Positions 8,129 through 15,990 of a DNA stretch of 44,558 nt are shown one piece after another; positions within the stretch are counted from its first letter, which is position 1, and the number at the start of each line of letters is the position of its first letter. Made by a program: the position numbers and the translations under genes. Below the pieces are notes generated by a model that saw nothing but the letters and a program-made list of their open reading frames with translations, did not search any database and was not told the DNA's origin. The stretch is taken from the IMG/VR virus record IMGVR_UViG_2541047901_000009. The stretch is one strand, 5' to 3'. Source of the DNA: a virus. Its lineage: Duplodnaviria; Heunggongvirae; Uroviricota; Caudoviricetes.

Positions 8129-10576
8129 TTAACCGTCATGCATCATGCTGGCACGGGCGCGCGCACGTTTATCCCGCTCGTATTTTTCGAGCGCATCCTG
8201 TAACTGGCGGTCAAGCTGTGTCCCCGGCGCAGTACCACCCGTCAGGCTGATGTGATATTCGTTTTTACTCTGGTCCACATAAGAGCGGCCAGCCGGTGCC
8301 GTGACCGGCTGATAAGCTTGATAGCCTGCATAAGAGCTGGTCGCCGGAATATAACCACCGGTGCCATACGTGGCGGCATGAGTTCTGGCGGCGGTCTGGT
8401 CAAGTGTGTCTGACTCTTTGTTGATGACCCCGAGCTTTTCCAGTACCCAGTCAATGCCGCTGCGCAGTTTGTTGAACGCATTAAGCGGCAGCATCAGCGC
8501 GTCAGCCAGTGCCTGCCCGAACATGACGCCCGTGTCACGGCAACGGTTCAGGGTGTCCTGTGTGGCTTTGACCGGGGCAATCAGGTTTTTAAACCACTGC
8601 CACGCGGCCTGTAACTTTTCGCCCAGCCAGTCAAACACCGGCTTAAGTGGCGTGAACAGTTCCCCCACCGGCGCAAATGCCGCTTTCAGCCCTTCCACCA
8701 CACCGCCAAAGAATGCGCTGACAGGCTCCCAGTATTTACGGATAAGCAACGCACCGGCGACAATGGCGGCCACCACGGCCACAACCGGCCAGCTAATCGC
8801 CCCGATGGCCGTCATAACAGCACTGCCAACCGTCGTGAAGATTGCCCCCATTGCGCCTGCTGCCGCGATGATGGCATTGATGCCAGTGATAACCGGCCAG
8901 GCTACGAGGCCAATGGCACCGATGACAGCAGTCAGCGCCAGTGCACCACCGACAATGAGGCCGATGGTTGACGCCAGTGATTTGTTTTTCTGGATCCAGC
9001 CGTCGAGTTTTAACACATACTTTGTGGCCGTCTGCGTGAGCTTACGCAGTGCGCCTTCCTGCTGGTCAAACAGGTCAGTCCCCACCGCCTCATAAGCGGA
9101 CTGAAACTCCTTAAAGTCACCGCCGAGGTTGTCCTGCATGATATTTACCAGCTCGGCGGTCTTCCCGTCTGAGGCTTTAAACGCAGCGGTCAGTTTGTCC
9201 AGCTTTCCAGTTGAGGCGGCAGTCATCAGCACGGCGGCGGCTGAGCTGGCCTCCTCCCCGAAAATAGTTTTCATGTATTCAGCCTGCTGGGCAGTACCGA
9301 GCCGGTTTTTCTCAAAACTGGCCTGCATTTCTTTCAGAATGGTAAATACTGGTCGAGTATTCCCTTTACTGTCTGAGGTTTTCACGCCAAGCTCTTTCAG
9401 TGCATCCCATGCTTTTCCCGTCGGTGCCTGCAGGCGGCTTAACACGGCACGGCTTCCCGTCCCCGCCATTGAACCGGTAATTTTTGCATCATGCAGCGCC
9501 CCGACCATTGCGGCGGTTTCTTCAATGCTGACACCAGCATTTTTTGCCACAGGTGCGGCATAGGTCAGCGCATCGCTCATGCCATCAAAATCGGCGGCGG
9601 TTTTGTTCATCGTCATGGAGAGAACATCCCCGATATGAGCGACCTTATCGTTTGAAAGCTGAAAGGCGGATTTCATCCCCATCAGCAGGGCGGCGTTTTC
9701 TTCCATCGTGCGACGGTTCGCCAGCGCCATATTCAGCGTGACCGGCGTTGCCGCCTGAATGGCATCAACATCCCCACCGGCTTTCGCAATAATAATCTGC
9801 GCACCGGCTGCATCATCTGCCGAGGCTGCGGTATTGTCGCCGAGCTGGCGCGCCTGCTTGCGTAGTGCAGCCATTTCGGCGGAGTCTTTTGCCACACCGA
9901 GCACAGCCTGCAATTCTGAGTTTTTCTGCGCAAACTCATAACCGGGCATCAGCAACTTAACTCCGGCCATCGTTCCCGCAGCAGCAATCCCCACACCGGC
10001 AGCGCCCACTGAGGCCATATTTCCGGCCAGTTCCTTTCCGGCCTGATAACGCTGTTTTACTGCGTTAAGTTTTGCCTGTTGTGCACTGACACGCGCCAGC
10101 GCGTCACGCTGACGGTTAAGCTGTGCGGTGGTTTCACTGATACGGTTTTTCAGTCCCTGCTCATCATGTGCAAGATTGCGGGTATTAATTCCCACAGCGG
10201 CCAGTTCCCGCTGCTGGCGTTTAATGGAATCTGTCAGGCGGTTATATTTCGCCTGTAAGTCCTCCGCCGCACGCTTTGCGGATTCCAGCACTTTCGCCTG
10301 AGCACGGGTCGGACGTTCAGTGTTTTTAAACTGTGTGGCAAGGGCTTCGGCTTCCTGCCGTGCCTTTTCAAGTGCATGACCAGTCACGGCAAGCTGTGCG
10401 CTGGTCTTGCGAAATCCCTCAATACGGGATGCGTGACCGTTCAGCTCGCGCAGTGATTTTTGTGTTTCCCGGATATCCCCCGACAGCGACTTACTCGCTG
10501 TGCGGATGGATTTAAACGGGCGGGATGCCTGGTCAACAGCCCTGAGCAATACCTGTAATTTTACATTGTTACTCAT
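8129..10576 (-). CDS. T: P2 gpT tail tape measure protein
   Basis: 815 aa, Ala/Gly-rich with coiled-coil and hydrophobic segments, located after E/E'. Confidence 0.9.
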   Translation of the reverse strand: MSNNVKLQVLLRAVDQASRPFKSIRTASKSLSGDIRETQKSLRELNGHASRIEGFRKTSAQLAVTGHALEKARQEAEALATQFKNTERPTRAQAKVLESAKRAAEDLQAKYNRLTDSIKRQQRELAAVGINTRNLAHDEQGLKNRISETTAQLNRQRDALARVSAQQAKLNAVKQRYQAGKELAGNMASVGAAGVGIAAAGTMAGVKLLMPGYEFAQKNSELQAVLGVAKDSAEMAALRKQARQLGDNTAASADDAAGAQIIIAKAGGDVDAIQAATPVTLNMALANRRTMEENAALLMGMKSAFQLSNDKVAHIGDVLSMTMNKTAADFDGMSDALTYAAPVAKNAGVSIEETAAMVGALHDAKITGSMAGTGSRAVLSRLQAPTGKAWDALKELGVKTSDSKGNTRPVFTILKEMQASFEKNRLGTAQQAEYMKTIFGEEASSAAAVLMTAASTGKLDKLTAAFKASDGKTAELVNIMQDNLGGDFKEFQSAYEAVGTDLFDQQEGALRKLTQTATKYVLKLDGWIQKNKSLASTIGLIVGGALALTAVIGAIGLVAWPVITGINAIIAAAGAMGAIFTTVGSAVMTAIGAISWPVVAVVAAIVAGALLIRKYWEPVSAFFGGVVEGLKAAFAPVGELFTPLKPVFDWLGEKLQAAWQWFKNLIAPVKATQDTLNRCRDTGVMFGQALADALMLPLNAFNKLRSGIDWVLEKLGVINKESDTLDQTAARTHAATYGTGGYIPATSSYAGYQAYQPVTAPAGRSYVDQSKNEYHISLTGGTAPGTQLDRQLQDALEKYERDKRARARASMMHDG

Positions 10577-10996
10577 TCGTGTTTCCGCTTCGCCGGAGCG
10601 CCTTTTCGCGCCATGTGATGAGTTCGATCAGGCTCATGGGATACAGTTCTGATGGCGGCCAGTGAAATATCACTGCCACATCCGCCATCAGGTCATCGAC
10701 CGAGAGATTTTTCGGGAACGTTACTGCACCGAGTTCGGCGACAAAAAACCGACCACCTTACCGGCCAGCGCCACAAGGTCAGGCAGTTCCAGCGCGGCGA
10801 CTTCCTGCTCGGTCAGCATCGGTGCCGTCATGCGCGGCAGCACCTTAATCAGTGCATCGACTTCGGAGTTCGCGACCGCAGCCAGACTGACACCGCGCAG
10901 CGTCCCGGCATTAGGTTTCATCAGCGTGACCTGTTCGATAACCTGCTCACCACGCTTGACCGGATTGTCCAGGGTAATCACATTTTCTTTGTTCAT
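10569..10996 (-). CDS. E': P2 gpE+E' product made by programmed -1 ribosomal frameshift
   Basis: From the slippery site GGTTTTTTG (about 10742-10750) the -1 frame stays open for about 50 codons by hand translation and stops at TAA overlapping the T start codon (ACGAATGAGTAA). Confidence 0.65.
10721..10996 (-). CDS. E: P2 gpE tail assembly chaperone
   Basis: 91 aa ending GFLSPNSVQ. The 3' end carries the slippery heptamer TTTTTTG used for the E/E' frameshift. Confidence 0.88.
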   Translation of the reverse strand: MNKENVITLDNPVKRGEQVIEQVTLMKPNAGTLRGVSLAAVANSEVDALIKVLPRMTAPMLTEQEVAALELPDLVALAGKVVGFLSPNSVQ

Positions 10997-11052
10997 GGTT
11001 TTCTCACTTCTGAATCGGGGTTAACCGGTCAGCCAGGCTGACCGGATGAAAA

Positions 11053-11571
11053 TCACAGGCCGATATTGCGGCGGTGTTGCTCCAGCCGGTCGACGCCGTT
11101 CACCTTCTCAATCATGTTGATGGTGTCGATTTCGACCAGCTCCTTACCGTCCATCGTCAGCCGGAAATAGGTGCAGACCACGGAGATTTTCGACTCGGTG
11201 TCTTCTCCCTGTTTGCCCTCGCCGGTGTCGATTTCTTTCTGACGTCCACGCATGACCACCTCGACGGCCACCGTTTCGCCGGTATCGTCGCGCTGGTAAG
11301 AGCCTGCAAAACGAATCGGTACGGAATCCACACCGGTTGCGGCGTAAAGCTCCCAGATAACCGAATCCGGGAAGCCACCGAGCGACCACTCCATTGACAG
11401 CGCATCGTCATCAAGGCCGAGGTCTACCGGTGCGCTGCCGTTCATCCCCGCACCGCGATAGTTTTCGAGCTTACGGGTCAGTTTTGGTAGCGTGACGGAC
11501 TTCGCGACGCCCTGATAGCTGTAGCCGTTCAGAAAGACGTTCATTAACTTGAGTTTGCGCGGCATTGCCAT
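11053..11571 (-). CDS. FII: P2 gpFII tail tube protein
   Basis: 172 aa, in the P2 FII position. Confidence 0.9.
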   Translation of the reverse strand: MAMPRKLKLMNVFLNGYSYQGVAKSVTLPKLTRKLENYRGAGMNGSAPVDLGLDDDALSMEWSLGGFPDSVIWELYAATGVDSVPIRFAGSYQRDDTGETVAVEVVMRGRQKEIDTGEGKQGEDTESKISVVCTYFRLTMDGKELVEIDTINMIEKVNGVDRLEQHRRNIGL

Positions 11572-11583
11572 CGGTCAGGCTCC

Positions 11584-12774
11584 TTAATTGCTGTTAACCG
11601 AGGTGACCAGATTTGCCAGGTATTTATCGGTAATACGCTGGCGCAGGGTCAGGTTTTCAAGAGGAGGCACCGGTGTATAGTCGTAGTCGATATACAGTTT
11701 TCCGGCCTTGAGGGTTTCCGCATCGTTGGATTCTTCGCTGAACCAGCAGGTCGCATCCACGATATAGCCGTTTGTTTTCAGCTCACGGAATTTGGCATTG
11801 ATGCCGTCAACGATGTCGCGAATCAGCGTTGCGGTGATGGGCTTGTCCACCGCCCACATGTGCGCCTCAGCCATCGTGTCGGCCATCACCTGCGCGGTGC
11901 GGGTGTAGTTTTCAAAGAGGAACAGCGGGTCATCAGAGCAGGTACGGTTACCCCAGAATCGGAAACCGTCGCGGCGAATCAGCGTAGTGACGCCTGACTC
12001 GTTAAGCAGGTCAGCATCGGTGCCGGACTCCTGCAAATCCCAGAATACAGATGCGCTGATGCCGGTAACACCGTTTACCCCGACGTTGGACAGCGTTTTA
12101 TGCCAGCCCTGCTCCTGGTCGATTTTAGCGCGCAGACCCAGCGCACGGGCGGTGGCATACGCGGTGGCGGTGGTACTGGTGACCGTATCCCATGCGAGGA
12201 AATCCGGCCAGATGACCATCAGCTCACGCTGGCTGAAATTCTGGCGGTAGGCTTTCACCTCGGAAATGGTCTTACAGCCCCATGCGCTGATATATCCGAA
12301 AGCGCGCAGCTTCTGACAGACGGATGCCAGTGCAACAGCCACCTCTTTGGTATCCAGTCCCGGCACACCGAGAATACGCGGTTTAACACCGGTTACCGAC
12401 TCCGCCGCCAGCAGGGCTTTTAGTCCGGTGTACTGACCGTTTTCGTCGGTGGTGCCGATGATATTGGAAACGGTCTGCGCGAGTTTCGTTTCCTCGTCAT
12501 CACCGGTGCCGTCTTCCACGCGCACGACAACGGTGACCGGTTTTGACTGGTCAGCGATGGCCTGCAACGATGCCGCCAGCGTGCCTTTTTTACCGGCCTT
12601 TGCAATTGCGCTTTGCACATTGGTAATCAGCACCGGTTTATTGAGGGGGAAGGTTTCCGCATCCGCATCGCTGGCCGTGCAGACCATGCCGACAATGGCA
12701 GTGGATACGGTGGAAATGACGCGGGTGCCGTCGTTAATCTCCAGCACCTGCACGCCATGATGATAGTCACTCAT
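11584..12774 (-). CDS. FI: P2 gpFI contractile tail sheath protein
   Basis: 396 aa, in the P2 FI position. Confidence 0.9.
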   Translation of the reverse strand: MSDYHHGVQVLEINDGTRVISTVSTAIVGMVCTASDADAETFPLNKPVLITNVQSAIAKAGKKGTLAASLQAIADQSKPVTVVVRVEDGTGDDEETKLAQTVSNIIGTTDENGQYTGLKALLAAESVTGVKPRILGVPGLDTKEVAVALASVCQKLRAFGYISAWGCKTISEVKAYRQNFSQRELMVIWPDFLAWDTVTSTTATAYATARALGLRAKIDQEQGWHKTLSNVGVNGVTGISASVFWDLQESGTDADLLNESGVTTLIRRDGFRFWGNRTCSDDPLFLFENYTRTAQVMADTMAEAHMWAVDKPITATLIRDIVDGINAKFRELKTNGYIVDATCWFSEESNDAETLKAGKLYIDYDYTPVPPLENLTLRQRITDKYLANLVTSVNSN

Positions 12775-12870
12775 CCGTTTAACTCCGTGGTTAATGGGTG
12801 CAACTATTTTCTGTTGTGCAGAGCATAAGACGCTATTTGACCTGGCTGGTCAGTGGATGAAACAACAGAT

Positions 12871-12897
12871 AAAGAAAAGGCGGGCAATTCGCCCGCC
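12871..12897 (-). terminator. Hairpin terminator upstream of FI
   Basis: Perfect stem GGCGGGC-aattc-GCCCGCC at 12879-12897, followed on the minus strand by a T-run (plus-strand AAAGAAAA). Confidence 0.5.
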
Positions 12898-12957
12898 TGT
12901 CCTGATTTGTACTCACTCATTTTCCGCCTGACAATTTACATAGCCCAAATGCTATCA

Positions 12958-12973
12958 AATCTGACAGTCTGCT
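12958..12973. repeat. 16-bp repeat AATCTGACAGTCTGCT, left copy, flanking the Z/fun-locus cargo
   Basis: Its exact reverse complement occurs at 15392-15407, and a 22/25 direct near-copy at 15264-15288. Confidence 0.8.
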
Positions 12974-13104
12974 TTGAGCGAAAAGTGGACATTAGAGTTA
13001 CAAAAGCAAGTTTAAATCATCCAAAATATTACAATGTCCTTATCTATCTGATATCGTTATGATAAAAAGCTCCTGAATATAATCGATAGTAGGTGGTTAT
13101 TTCC

Positions 13105-13482
13105 ATGAAATCAATTTTAGAGGTTTTTACTCAAGGAAATACTAAAGAAAAACTGGCTGTTATCGCCGATCTCACAACCATTGCGGGAATATCGATTGCA
13201 ACTATTATTGCTGGTTTGTTAACCCTAGTTGCAAAAACAGATAAACTAGATGTTGGAAATCTGTTTGGAGTTGTCATAATATCTCTGCTCGGATTGGCTG
13301 GTGTTTGCTGTTTTGTGGCCTTATTTATTTGGGTTATAACCCAAATGTCTAAACCATGGGGAACACCTCGGGGGGTTCAGCCCTTAGTTAAGTGTGCTAT
13401 TTCCCTTATCTTTATCTGTATGTTTTTGCTGGCTGTCTTTACATTTTATGAGTTTATTTCTTCGATGAGCATACGCTATTGA
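13105..13482 (+). CDS. Small hydrophobic membrane protein, about 125 aa, 3-4 predicted TM helices; function unknown
   Basis: ORF 13093..13482. Likely ATG at 13105 (MKSILEVF) with AGGTGG eight nt upstream and a TATAAT box at 13078-13083. Strongly hydrophobic and AT-rich. Confidence 0.6.
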   Translation: MKSILEVFTQGNTKEKLAVIADLTTIAGISIATIIAGLLTLVAKTDKLDVGNLFGVVIISLLGLAGVCCFVALFIWVITQMSKPWGTPRGVQPLVKCAISLIFICMFLLAVFTFYEFISSMSIRY

Positions 13483-13504
13483 ATATAAAATCAGCCCCCA
13501 TAAC

Positions 13505-14089
13505 TTAAAAGAGACCTTCTATATCGACTTCAATGCCCAAATAACGGACTGTGCTTTCCAGTTTCTTATGGCCCAACAGAAGTTGGATCCCCCGGAGACT
13601 CTTGGTTTTCTTGTAGATTAAGTAAGGTTTTGTTCTTCTCATGGAATGTGTGCTGTACAGCGAATCTTCGAGACCAAGCTTTTCTACCCACCCATGAAAA
13701 ATTCGGTTGTATTGCCGGGTTGATATATGGTGGTTAGTTCCGACCCGAGAGCGGAACAGGAAGCCTTTACTATGCCAGTTGCCGAGCTTTATCAATGCAG
13801 TAACCGCTTCCCTTGTCCCTTTGGTTATCTCAAATTGGACAGGGCTGCCGGTTTTCTGTTGCAACACCGTTGCTCTGCTTGAGACAGAACTGCCATATGC
13901 AGCATCTGATACTTTGAGTTTGACCAAATCACAGCCCCGTAGCTTAGTGTCCAAAGCCATGTTGAACAGAGCTAGATCGCGTGTTTTACCTTCCAACTCA
14001 AGTCTAATCCGGATCCCCCAGATATGAGATATCTGAAGTGGCCTTTTTTGACCGATGGTACGGTCTTTATTCCACGGTGACGTTTTCAT
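13505..14089 (-). CDS. Small tyrosine site-specific recombinase, about 194 aa, FimB/FimE-like size with catalytic domain only
   Basis: Catalytic signature in order: R (TKLRGCDLVKL), K, HSMRRT (H-x-x-R) and LLGHKKLESTVRY (H...Y). Start taken at the internal ATG (MKTSPWNK) preceded by AGGAG. Confidence 0.7.
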   Translation of the reverse strand: MKTSPWNKDRTIGQKRPLQISHIWGIRIRLELEGKTRDLALFNMALDTKLRGCDLVKLKVSDAAYGSSVSSRATVLQQKTGSPVQFEITKGTREAVTALIKLGNWHSKGFLFRSRVGTNHHISTRQYNRIFHGWVEKLGLEDSLYSTHSMRRTKPYLIYKKTKSLRGIQLLLGHKKLESTVRYLGIEVDIEGLF

Positions 14090-14195
14090 ATTCAAATCTC
14101 CTGCAATGTGGGAGATTTGAGTATGGTTGTCTCTCAAGAGCGAAAATAAGTCAACTATCACTAGTTGTTGCGCATGTACGTATTCTGTCAATTAA

Positions 14196-15038
14196 TTATT
14201 GACAATCATCAATTCTGGAATGATCAAAATCATCATATCGAATTATAGTCTGGTTGACTGTATCTATTGTTGGTGTCATTTCTGTTATAATATCCTGATA
14301 ACCTAAAGAGTTAAATACATTTACTAAGGCCTCACACCGAAGGGCCGTAGCAATTACAAAATTATAAATTGCCAGCCGTTTATTTTCTTGTTTAACTGCA
14401 AGAATGAATTCGATAGCAGTATTTTCATCACTTTGGATTGCATTATATAGAGATACTATATTTACCATATCATCAGAGAATGTATGTATTGAATCACAAA
14501 GAGGAACGTAATGGGCATGATAGTGTGTTTCCCAGCCAATTAATTCAAAAAGTTTTCTGGTTCCTGGATATTCAGGTGTATTTGGCCACAATCTATTAAA
14601 TAGATCAGTTAGTTCTTTTCCCATGCGAATCCTTTCATTTGCTGCTGGATTAGTCATTCCTTTGGATTTTAAACACTCCAGCCACCGTTTTCCATTACTA
14701 TGAACTAATTTCTTACTAGCCTTGAGTAATGCTTGTGCATTTTCGCCATCATCTATTGCTATATAAAATTGATTGGCAGCCTGTTCTATTATAACCCTAG
14801 CTAATACTTCCGATGCTGAAAAGGCTCCTATATTCAAAGAAGAGATAGCCTGATTACTAAGTTCATTCAGTACATTAAAGTACTGTAAGACCATCAATTT
14901 TTGTTCCACACCCTTTAGGTTGTCTATTTTATTTTTATGCTCCTCAAATTTTGCATGGATATATTTATTTATCGCGGCTATTTTTTTTACATCTTCGTCA
15001 AGATCAAACGGGCAACGTCCAAACAATTCTTTTTTCAT
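14196..15038 (-). CDS. Hypothetical protein, 280 aa, cargo gene directly upstream of the recombinase
   Basis: Clean ORF with AGGAGA five nt upstream of the ATG; its stop lies about 105 bp before the recombinase start codon. No recognisable family. AT-rich. Confidence 0.65.
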   Translation of the reverse strand: MKKELFGRCPFDLDEDVKKIAAINKYIHAKFEEHKNKIDNLKGVEQKLMVLQYFNVLNELSNQAISSLNIGAFSASEVLARVIIEQAANQFYIAIDDGENAQALLKASKKLVHSNGKRWLECLKSKGMTNPAANERIRMGKELTDLFNRLWPNTPEYPGTRKLFELIGWETHYHAHYVPLCDSIHTFSDDMVNIVSLYNAIQSDENTAIEFILAVKQENKRLAIYNFVIATALRCEALVNVFNSLGYQDIITEMTPTIDTVNQTIIRYDDFDHSRIDDCQ

Positions 15039-15263
15039 ATATTTCTCCTGTTGTACAAGCTTCCATAAGTTGGCAGATTATACACTGAAGATTACCTATA
15101 AATAGCTGTGCGGGATAGCAGATCAGTGCAAGAAGTACAACCAAGTGAACTGTGCGTATTCAGATACCTGGCCTAACGTTCGCGATAGCCGTCCCCTGCA
15201 CGAAGCCATATATTAGATGTATTAGCTCAGACCTTATCTGACAGGTTGAGTAGGTAGAATCTA

Positions 15264-15288
15264 ATCAAAGCTGACAGTCTGGTTTGGA
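15264..15288. repeat. Direct near-copy (22/25) of the flanking repeat, core CTGACAGTCTG at 15271-15281
   Basis: ATCAAAGCTGACAGTCTGGTTTGGA here against ATCAAATCTGACAGTCTGCTTTGAG at 12955-12979. Confidence 0.7.
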
Positions 15289-15391
15289 CTGTGAGTTCAA
15301 CCGATGGATGCAACACACAGCGATCTACGGACATTACTAGCATAGCTGTGTATTAATCATCGGGAAGCAGGTCAGTCCGCTCCTAGCACAG

Positions 15392-15407
15392 AGCAGACTG
15401 TCAGATT
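15392..15407. repeat. Inverted perfect copy of the 16-bp flanking repeat (AGCAGACTGTCAGATT)
   Basis: Exact reverse complement of 12958-12973. It lies in the loop of a 9-bp stem (AGCACAGAG...CTCTGTGCT, 15385-15424). Confidence 0.8.
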
Positions 15408-15459
15408 AGGCTTTACTCTGTGCTATAGATACGTTAGCTCACTCCAGAGATCATACAAC

Positions 15460-15987
15460 TTATTGCGGCATTTCCGGCCATTCAGGATTTGCAGGATCCA
15501 CACGGCTGACCAGAACACTGTAGCGTTCCCATGCTTCCAGTCGGCTACGCTCATCATCTGTTGCCATATTCAGTCTGACAGAGCGTTCCAGTGGCTGAAT
15601 GATAGTTTCAGCTTCGGAAAGCAAAGCTGACTTCTGTAATTCCGCCAGTTGCAGCTGTTCGTCTGCCGTATAAATCCGCTTAATCACGGCACCATCCTTA
15701 AACATCCATTTACCTGAGTCATCAGCACGTCGGTTGGCGGTAATATCAGGAACCTCGACAACGCTAAAACCTTCAGGGTTGAGCGTTGAAGCATCTCTGG
15801 TGATGCCGACAATTATATTATTCTCATCGTAAACAATCTTTATCGTGTCTTCCTGAAAATTACTTACTTCCTCATACCAGTTTTTTCCCTCTTCGGACCA
15901 TAACCAGATAACATCAAAATTTTTTGTCAGTTGATATTGGGCAACAGTTTTTGGATTACCCGCAGTAATATTTTTTAAATGCTGCAT
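15460..15987 (-). CDS. G: P2 gpG tail fibre assembly protein
   Basis: 175 aa, immediately downstream of H. Confidence 0.88.
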   Translation of the reverse strand: MQHLKNITAGNPKTVAQYQLTKNFDVIWLWSEEGKNWYEEVSNFQEDTIKIVYDENNIIVGITRDASTLNPEGFSVVEVPDITANRRADDSGKWMFKDGAVIKRIYTADEQLQLAELQKSALLSEAETIIQPLERSVRLNMATDDERSRLEAWERYSVLVSRVDPANPEWPEMPQ

Positions 15988-15990
15988 AAA

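Noticed and set aside
8406-9095. 229-aa plus-strand ORF (and others at 9129..9563, 7016..7588, 6691..6967) lying antisense inside T and D
   Set aside because: Fully embedded antisense to well-supported P2 structural genes, with low-complexity Ala/Ser/Thr/Pro-rich translations typical of spurious frames.
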